From Schizochytrium sp. TIO01 (Eukaryota > Protista > Bigyra: Labyrinthulomycetes), in contig SMSO01000014.1 of the NCBI GenBank assembly GCA_004764695.1, positions 3,529,648 through 3,593,647 on the forward strand: a DNA stretch of 64,000 bases, written 5' to 3'. The number at the start of each line of letters is the position of its first letter. Within the stretch, counting starts at the first letter, position 1. The notes below the pieces were generated by a model that saw nothing but the letters and a program-made list of their open reading frames with translations, did no database searches and was not told the DNA's origin. The position numbers and the translations under genes were made by a program. Shown here piece after piece: positions 49,801 through 58,512 of this stretch.

Positions 49801-50940
49801 ATGGTCGGCAGGAGCAACAGCAGCAGCAGCAGCAGTGGTGGCGGCGCAAACAGCCATGGCACAAGATCTCAGGCAAGCGGGTCGGTGGTGGTGAGACCAG
49901 AAGAAATGTTTGGGTCTGAACTAGGCACTGTTTCATGGACTTGGAACCCAAATGCATTTGCACACCGGACCCAGTCAACCCTTTCTGTAGTGGAGAGGCA
50001 AGGTGGAAATGGGGAGTCCTCCCCGGAGAACAGGTATTACATTCATGTGGAGGATGGAAAGCGAAGGGAAAGGACACTTTTCGCCCGGTGCTTTGGCCCT
50101 GAAGGGCAACTCATTGCCCAAAGCATCCTCTTGATCTCTGTGCTTGCTACGACAATCGTCTTGCTAGTACTCTATGCAAGCGCTAAAGAGGTTGGACCGA
50201 TTGCCTGCTGCGCAGTGATGGTTCTCCTTATGGCTTTCGATGTCCACCGTGCTCTTGTGCTTGTCCTGGCTCGCCGCAACGCGTGGTCTGCACCGACATG
50301 GTACCTGTCAACGGTGGCAGTCTTAAACTATGTTAGCTGCTGTGGTGCCGCTGGCTGTTTCGTAGCATTCATGTTCACTGCCATCAGTGTATCATCTCTG
50401 GAAGTCATCCTGCTCTTTGTTGTGCAGGAAATCTTCTATATTCTTTTCTTTGGATGGTTTTTTGCCTTTATGGAGATCTTTCTACCTGTTAGTGCTGGTC
50501 TCATGTTGCCAATCTGGCTCATTCTTGTGCCATTCCGATTCCTCATGAACGCCACTACCTTCTATTCAGACGAAAAGAAACCTGAAGTAACCGTGACCCA
50601 AGAGGAGGTAGATGAATCAGTACCGACCTCTTCTTTCGAAGGAGGCTCGGAAACAGGCGTGCCAAGTGAATGCGCAATTTGCATTGTTGATTTCGAAGCA
50701 GGTGACCCAGTACGCACTCTACCATGCCACCACACCTTTCATAAGGAATGCATTGACCCATGGTTCCTGTCGCACCATACCACATGCCCTTCCTGCCGCG
50801 CACCATTTCGACCCGAGCCTAAGGATGAGGCTAGCAAGGATACGCATGATATTATTGAGGACCCTGTAGAGGGGAATGGCCCTCAAAGTGACTCTGAGGA
50901 AGACCTTGAAGCAGGAAGATCGACGCATGCACAAGTCTAA
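49801..50940 (+). CDS. Multi-pass membrane RING-H2 E3 ubiquitin ligase, about 379 aa
   Basis: First ATG at 49801. Several TM segments, then the canonical C3H2C3 motif CAICIVDFEAGDPVRTLPCHHTFHKECIDPWFLSHHTTCPSC. Confidence 0.92.
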   Translation: MVGRSNSSSSSSGGGANSHGTRSQASGSVVVRPEEMFGSELGTVSWTWNPNAFAHRTQSTLSVVERQGGNGESSPENRYYIHVEDGKRRERTLFARCFGPEGQLIAQSILLISVLATTIVLLVLYASAKEVGPIACCAVMVLLMAFDVHRALVLVLARRNAWSAPTWYLSTVAVLNYVSCCGAAGCFVAFMFTAISVSSLEVILLFVVQEIFYILFFGWFFAFMEIFLPVSAGLMLPIWLILVPFRFLMNATTFYSDEKKPEVTVTQEEVDESVPTSSFEGGSETGVPSECAICIVDFEAGDPVRTLPCHHTFHKECIDPWFLSHHTTCPSCRAPFRPEPKDEASKDTHDIIEDPVEGNGPQSDSEEDLEAGRSTHAQV

Positions 50941-51756
50941 ATACCCCACTGCATTCTCCCCCAACCTCAGGGGTAGCATCCTCCCAAGGCACGATTGTTC
51001 TTTTCATCTTCATTTCATCTCGTTTCAGTTTGTTTCCTGGAATGCGTATATATGTATTTCGAAGATAGCAGTACCAATTTGGAGGTTTTCTCTTCGCAAA
51101 TGCGACATATTAATGCATGCAAAACACACAGTCAAAAAAAAAAAAAGAGAGAACAAAATACAACAGACATGTTGTTATGCAGTCATTGAGTGACTATTAT
51201 TTTCGCTGGCATACCCTTGTGTGGTCTTCACGCAAGCTACTTTGTTCTAGTATGTGTCTTTTCTGATCCATTCACGCGTCTTATTGTTTTCTGTAGTTTT
51301 AACAACATGTCTATACAGCCAGCGAAATATCGCGCACATAACAAGGGGATGTGACAATTTTGCGCCAAAAAGGTCGTTGCATGGGTTGCAGTGACTCGCA
51401 AAGCCCACCTCTGTTTGGTTCATTGTATATTCTTCAAGAAAAAAAGCTGGTTGTATTAGGTATGTAATAGCGAGAGGCAAGTAAATCGTCTAAACACCAA
51501 CTTGCCCTCATTGTAGAAATTGTTTATAAGTAGAGTATAGATAGCCTTATATTATTTGTTTTGCATCCTCTTTTTCCTCCCTAAGGTTTTAGACGTTCTG
51601 TACCGGCGATCATCAAAAGAATGATAGCAGAATGTACGGGATGCTCCGCCATTCGTCAGATTTCTTCGCCTTTGATCTTATTTCTTTTATTTCTTAAGTA
51701 TTGCTTAATTGTGTCATGATCAGGCGGTGTGGTGGCGTGATCATATTCAATACTGT

Positions 51757-54348
51757 CTACTTGCGAGCAAAGTTAAAGAACAAGCAGTACCAATGCGAGT
51801 GCATAACTTGAGCAAACGACCCAGTAGGGTTAGCACGCAGTTCGGGAATGAACTTATCGTAAATAGCTGTGCGATGAATAGACAACATACGCCGCAAGCT
51901 AGCATCTGTGGCTGTGAAAGCCCAGGTGGAAATAGTCGGGCAAATCTCCGGTTGCTCCTCGTCGCGAAACAACATTCGCAATGCTTGCATTGAGTCTATA
52001 GCCTCAAGCTTGTGCTGACCAAAGGAGAGGCCGGGCTTGCCGAGAGGCAGGACATGTAGAAGGTTGCCATCTTTAGATGTGCTTGAAGAAGGGAGCTTCG
52101 AGAACCTACCCGAGGTTGACCATTCACCATTCTTAGGACGTGAAGCAAGTCGAATGTTTGTCTTCAGAACATTCGGGTGGGCAGCGCGGGTCTTGCCTTC
52201 GCTGAAGAGCTTGAGAGCTTGCAAGTTCAGGGCAGCAGGAACGTCTCCCACCACACTAGCAGCAATGCTACTGTCGATGAAAACATTGGAATCACCAAAG
52301 GCAAAGCTGTGTGCGGAAAGATGTTCAAGCCATACAAGCTCCAGACTTTGAGTCGGTGCAATGTTGCGAATCACAATGCCCTTACCAAGGCGAGTATCAA
52401 GAGCGCAGCGGTTGTGCTGCGCGATCTCGCGCACCTTGCCAAGCAGCTCGTTATCAAGAGAGCGATCCATATTGTAGAGAAAAACCGTGTTGCGCACAGC
52501 TGTTGAGCCAGCAGCTGACTTCCAAGTAGGAGAGGCGCAAAGAGCAGAAAGCCAGTCAAGGCCCTTCGCGTTCCGAACGGCAACGACATAGTGCACACTC
52601 ATTTCAGTTTCCTTGGGAAGCTTGGCTTCGCGCAAAGCTGCATTAAGACGCTTACGACCCTCAAGCTTCACGTAAAGATCAAGAGCGTTTTGAATAGCAT
52701 CATCCATGTTGAAGTACTTGTAGTTGGCCAGACGACCCACAAAGTGCACATTGTTCACCTCCTCTTCGTCCTTGGCAAGTTCACGGTATTTTTCAAAGTG
52801 ACGCTGGTTCTCCTCTGTGGGAAATGGATAGTAAGGTTCGGCGCCATCCTTAATGTCTGTGGAGTACTCACGAATCAAAATAGACTGGGCAGAATCCTGG
52901 TGATACATGTGCTTGTACTCTGCGGTACGTGTGTGGTTTCCATCGCGGAACTGAGGAAAGTTCACCACAAAAGCAGGCTGGTTTACTGCAGGCTCGTCAA
53001 CCACAATGGTCTCAAACTTAATGGATCGGTACTGCAAAGGCTTCAAGTCCACGCCACGGTTGCGAAAAAACTGATCGATCTGGCCGGTAAAGAAGGTTTT
53101 CTCAAACTTAAGATTCGCGAACTGTTCGTTTTTGAGCATCTCAAAGTAGTCAGTTGAGGTAAACACGCGAATGTTCGGGTGATCTAAAGCTTCCTCAAAC
53201 CACCGAGTGTAGCCATCAGCAGGGAGAGCCTGGTGCTTATCATTGGGAAAGTAGCGGTCATCCCAATCAGTGCGCACAGGGATACGGGACAGCACAACCG
53301 GACCAAGATCCTCAGGGTAGACATTCCACTGCTTCTTGGTATACTCCTTGAAAAGTTTGTTATACAATCGCTCACCCACGCGACCCATACCCACCTCGCG
53401 CGAGTTCTTGGCAGTGGAGACATCGACCTCACCAACAGGGCTGTTCTGGCGTTCGGCCTTGAGCCAAGCCTCCATTTCCTCGACAGACTTAATATCCTCC
53501 CCCAACAAAGTATTCACAGTGTCAATGTTTACTGGAATAGGGATGAGTTTTCCATCTACGCGACCGATGACGCGGTGCTCATACGGTGTCCATTCGGAGA
53601 ACCGGTGTACATAGGTCCACACATCAGGTTTACTGGTGTGGAAGAGGTGAGCACCATATAAATTCACCAAAATGTCGGTGCGCTGCTCACGAAAGTCATA
53701 GCAGTTGCCACCGATGTGCGGGCGGCGCTCAATGATGAGGACGCGCTTGTTGTGATGGCGAGCGTACAAATCTGCAAGAACGGTACCCGAGAGACCAGCA
53801 CCAATGATCAGGATATCATATCCCTTCATCTCCTGGAAAGGTAGTACATTGGGAAATTGTTCAGACGCCAAGTCAATCGTCTCGGGTTGTGCTGCACCGG
53901 CGCGGCTTGTGAAAGGCACAACATGCTCCATATCAATGGGCTCCAAAGCATCGTTGGCGCTGGTTTGCACAGAGCTGGGCAAAACAAAATCATCGCCCAG
54001 ACTCTTCGCGTTCACGCCGGCATGCTGCAACCCGACAGGACTATTGGGGAACTTGCGATGAATTTTAGGGAGCTTGATCAAGTTTGACGATGGGTTAAGG
54101 TCGCAAGGAGCACTGGTTCCAAGAGAGTATCCCCGCGCAAACCAAGTTGCGAGAACAGCACTTGTGACAATAACCAGGACCGTCCAGAAGTCACAGCTTC
54201 TGCTGGTCAAACGTTTAAATGTTTGAGAGGAAGAAATGCCAAGACCGCCCATTCCGGAGGCGTGGCGTCGAGGCACGCGGGTTGGGAGGCTGTTTGAGAT
54301 ATTCAGACTGTGCCCTGACTCGCCTCGAGCGCGACGTTCGATAGCCAT
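51757..54348 (-). CDS. glf: UDP-galactopyranose mutase (prokaryotic Glf type) with N-terminal TM anchor and C-terminal DUF3431-like domain, 863 aa
   Basis: FAD motif YDILIIGAGLSG, ERRPHIGGNCYD, YGAHLFHT, YTKKQW, RIPVR..DDRYF, LQYRS, EPYYP and GRLANYKYFNMDDAI. TM segment FWTVLVIVTSAVLATWFA near aa 55-72. Confidence 0.92.
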   Translation of the reverse strand: MAIERRARGESGHSLNISNSLPTRVPRRHASGMGGLGISSSQTFKRLTSRSCDFWTVLVIVTSAVLATWFARGYSLGTSAPCDLNPSSNLIKLPKIHRKFPNSPVGLQHAGVNAKSLGDDFVLPSSVQTSANDALEPIDMEHVVPFTSRAGAAQPETIDLASEQFPNVLPFQEMKGYDILIIGAGLSGTVLADLYARHHNKRVLIIERRPHIGGNCYDFREQRTDILVNLYGAHLFHTSKPDVWTYVHRFSEWTPYEHRVIGRVDGKLIPIPVNIDTVNTLLGEDIKSVEEMEAWLKAERQNSPVGEVDVSTAKNSREVGMGRVGERLYNKLFKEYTKKQWNVYPEDLGPVVLSRIPVRTDWDDRYFPNDKHQALPADGYTRWFEEALDHPNIRVFTSTDYFEMLKNEQFANLKFEKTFFTGQIDQFFRNRGVDLKPLQYRSIKFETIVVDEPAVNQPAFVVNFPQFRDGNHTRTAEYKHMYHQDSAQSILIREYSTDIKDGAEPYYPFPTEENQRHFEKYRELAKDEEEVNNVHFVGRLANYKYFNMDDAIQNALDLYVKLEGRKRLNAALREAKLPKETEMSVHYVVAVRNAKGLDWLSALCASPTWKSAAGSTAVRNTVFLYNMDRSLDNELLGKVREIAQHNRCALDTRLGKGIVIRNIAPTQSLELVWLEHLSAHSFAFGDSNVFIDSSIAASVVGDVPAALNLQALKLFSEGKTRAAHPNVLKTNIRLASRPKNGEWSTSGRFSKLPSSSTSKDGNLLHVLPLGKPGLSFGQHKLEAIDSMQALRMLFRDEEQPEICPTISTWAFTATDASLRRMLSIHRTAIYDKFIPELRANPTGSFAQVMHSHWYCLFFNFARK

Positions 54349-54909
54349 GCTGGCTGTTGTATTCGAGTATGTCTCGGCTCAAGTTTACCGGTTTCAAGAC
54401 TCCCTTGCTTCTGTGTTTGCAAGCAACGTCAAATGCGAGCAATCAGGCCAATGTCCCAAGACGGCAATAATAGCACGCTAGTGTCCACAATGCTCTCGAG
54501 AACGAGAACGATATGCAGAAATATGCGATGGAATCGCTTTGATTTCGTAAAGATGTATCACGTTTACGGGGTCCACGTGGAGCCCTGGGATAGCAAACGT
54601 TAACCGCTCGATGAGACAGACCTCTCGCGGCGCAGAGTCCGGCGGACTCCAAGATCAGGCGAAGACGAAGGTTGCGAACTCGCACACGGCGCCGTGAGGC
54701 ACCGGAAGAGAGTGGTTGCACCGGACGAGATGTGCAAAATGGGTTTGGCGGCGGCGATGAATAACTTCGACTACACACAATCCTTCACGTTTAATCGTCA
54801 CAACAGATTATAAAATTTAATTAAAATCTAAATTCTGATTCTTTCATTTATATTCTTTTTTTAACCCAATAGTGCTCCAATACTCGCATATAAGAGTTTC
54901 CACTTTCTC

Positions 54910-54948
<39 letters not shown>

Positions 54949-57900
54949 CTTAGTTTTCCTCCTCACTGTAGATAGTTCGTTCTATTTACTCTTGTCGGCA
55001 ATTAGGAGTACCAAGAGCTTACTCATTCTTGGGAGGAGGATGGAAAATGTTCTTGAGAGCAAATCTTCACATGAAGTTGTCGGTGAAAGTTCACGAAACG
55101 ATCATCAATTGACTCGAGTGGCTCTCCAAGCTGTGCCCAGGCAGTGCACATGCACCGAAGAGATTTTCCCATTGTGTGCAACTGAGAGCCATGAACAAGT
55201 CCACTCCTGTGCAGCGAAAGGTTGGGCGAAAAGAAAAAAACGATTTAGCCCTATTCCCTAATCATCAACGATCTTTTTTCTTTACGGCTCTTAACCCTAG
55301 CGAACTAACTAGGAAGGCCTATGTGCCACTAATTTGGAGCCTCTGAGTATTTTATAAAATTAGTTAATGTTAATTAAAAAGCCAAGTTATTTCCAGTTTA
55401 TGCAACCCCTCCTCCCTATTTCTCTGCCATGTCGGCCCATCATCAAAACTCAAGGAAAGGATTTCCAGCTTTCCAGCCTCTCAAGAGTGAAAGTTGCATT
55501 CTGAACTCCTTGCTTCTGGGCCTTACCTCTTGACTAAATCCACCATGTCCTGTTGCGCTAACCTTTTCTGAAAGAAGCTGTCTGATACTGCCTGTATTCG
55601 GCAGATTGAAAATATAATGTAAATTAAAGAATCACTTGTAAGTAGGTACTAGATAAAAGGATAGGCCTTGCTTGCTTGCGGTCAGATAATTAATTATGTG
55701 CCTTTCCATCGTTGTGATTGGTTGGTGGTTTGCAAAGAGCTGAGGTCGTAAGTTGCAGAGGATCTTCGCGCTGGGGAGACTCGAAAGGCCCTGCTGGTGT
55801 TGCTCTGCGAGGACCGTTGAAGCTTCAGCCCAATAATAAACGGAAAGAGGAAAGAAGCGGAAGATTTCAGACCTAGCAAATTACCATAGGCACATTAAGG
55901 ACCTTTATAAGTAATTTGCAATTCTGCTCTTTAGAAAGTTGGCGAATCAGTCAAATGGCTGAGATGGCATTTATTGTGGTGGCGAACAAGTTCATCTTCT
56001 CCCCTCTAGTAGTCGCCGCCATTGTTTTGCACAGAACATACTGCATAGCCATTCGTGAGTGCGTGGGAGCTGTCAACCTTCGTTCCACTAATGATCATTT
56101 TATTTGCCACATCGTTCTCGCAAGAATCGACCTGTACAAAGTTCTTCCATAAACACCCTTAGGCTGGCAGAGTCGACAAATGAGTGTTCTCGGAAGGGCA
56201 TTATCAGCTACAGAATCAACATGAAACTGCACAGACTGTCAGGTTTTCTTGGATTTTAGCAGGGACGGAAGTGGATCAAGGCGACAACTTTTGATAATGT
56301 TTACTCCTACAATTGGGTTCCCAGTTGGTGAGTTTTGATATAGTTTCTGGCATTCATCAACTCGAGAATGTAGGAGCATTATTGCTGTCCATGTGTATTT
56401 TAATGGGCTCTGTATTTTTATCTCCGTTTCTGTTCTTTCATTAGAAACCTACGTTATGCCAGGACACAGACGGGTACTACTCTCCACCTACCTAGTTAGA
56501 TATGAGGTAGATGTCAACAGCTCCATCCATCATCGTGCTGAATAGCGTCTTCTGTGGGTGCTCTTGTTTTTTAAAAGGGTTCCCGTTGCATATTATGAAT
56601 TGCAGGAGCGCATGCGGTCAAGACTGCCAATGCACCTAAGTAGTATGGACAATATGGACAATATTAATAAATCTTTGTTCTGATTAAGTTAAATTCGATA
56701 GAGGAAATGAAACAATCGATCAATCCTTTCTCTGTCAAAACTGAAAGGGTGTCCGTCCGAAAAAGAAACGTTTGTTTGGTGTTGCACTTTTTGCATTTTT
56801 TTAAAGAATCAAATTCGCCAATCCGAAAGCCTTTGTATGGTTTGAGAGTTGTACAAGCCATTCTCTTCATGCAATTAATGGATTATTCGGATTTAGATTT
56901 TGCCCAACTTAATTAGCTGGAGGAATTAATTCTGACTGGTGAGAGTGGTTCTTCTTGGGCAAACTTGTACTTTACGCAACCAAGTAGAGCTGCCTCTCCC
57001 TTTAAAAAACAACAAAAACAAAAAAAAAACTTGTGGCTACTGTAAATTCAGAAAGGCCCTTAGTCTCTATGGGCACGCGGATGAGGTTCGTGCTGAATAC
57101 ATCGCGTTGTAAACACGCTAGTGCTGCGTCAAACCAAAAGGGCAACCCTATGCACAAGAAACTAAGGAGTTCTGTCTTTTGAAGCGGAGTTCAAACTCTG
57201 GTTGTGAGCATCTTTATGATGTTTTTGTCATGCAAGTTTGCACGCAATTGTAGAGTCTTAAGAGAACAAAGTTTCACTTTTCAAGGTTGACATAAATATC
57301 AGCATTTGCACACCTTGCACAACTGAAGTGTACGTACCTACCTACTCGAGTCATATGCAAAGTGCTAGGACACATTGGAAGGATATTTAAGAACACATAT
57401 GTTTGCTGCAAAGGCCGACTTTTTTCAAGATGTCATGCCAGACTAAAGAGTATATGTTGGTTCTCGAATTGAAAAGTAGGTCTTCGTTACAAATTGGGAG
57501 TAGGTATATGAACAAGTCTTTTTTTCAATCTCCTTCGTGAGTGATTAGACATGGTGCTCTAATTGATCAACCTTACTGGCACTGTCAGAAAATCTAGGCT
57601 CTGAATAGCTCGAGGTAGGCAAGGCAGGCCTGGTACGTAGAGGTGAGATTTCGTGCACGTCACATAATAGAGGGTAGTAGTCACCCATTTTCATATGTAC
57701 CTCGCAAAAAGATCAGTTCATTCTCATCACTCCCAAGTTCTGCTCAAATGCCGTCCATTGAGATGCCTGGAGAACAATGCGCATGGTCTCGACGGATGGC
57801 ATCTGCAAACTGCTCATGAATGAATGCTCCAATCCGTATATTTCTTAATCAAATTGAATTCGGAGCTGAGTGACGGCGAATTGTTTCTCATCGTATCTAG

Positions 57901-57978
57901 AAGAAGAAAATGATCGAACGAATGAATAAATGAAAACTAGGACTGAAGAAAGGTCACATCGCAATCTGTGATTCGCGG

Positions 57979-58465
57979 ATGGCAGCGCAAAAGCCTGCCC
58001 CCCATCGTGCCATGGGCCTCCGTCGAAGAAAATGCGACTTTGCGTGGAGTTCCGTGCTGCTGGTGAACTGGTTTGCCACCAGAGGAAGCGGCATTGTGCA
58101 TGGGTTTCCAATCAATGCTTTGAGGATTCCGAACGGGCGGGCTTTTCCGGCGCTGGGACATCGCAGGGTCACTGGAGGTGGACCGCTGTCCGAGTTTGGA
58201 GAAGATTTTTTGAAGTGCGAGGGCACATGGTACGTGTGAATATTCTAGTTCGAGTCTTGTAAAGAATCGATGAGGAATTAAGTTGCATCTAAATACGTCC
58301 GCGATGTTATATCGATGACTAACAAAAGTAGCGATTCCATGAAGGTAAATTCAAACTGCATTGAATATTTATGGTGTCTTATTCCTGCTTCTCGATGTTT
58401 TATCATGGTTGTGTGGTCTATGATTTTTGCAAATCATCTGGACTCTTGGGATTATTACCCCCCAC

Positions 58466-58512
<47 letters not shown>

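Noticed and set aside
55900-56450. Long minus-strand frame broken only by three TGA codons (possible readthrough or selenoprotein)
   Set aside because: The translation resembles no known protein and no SECIS was seen; compatible with chance or decay.
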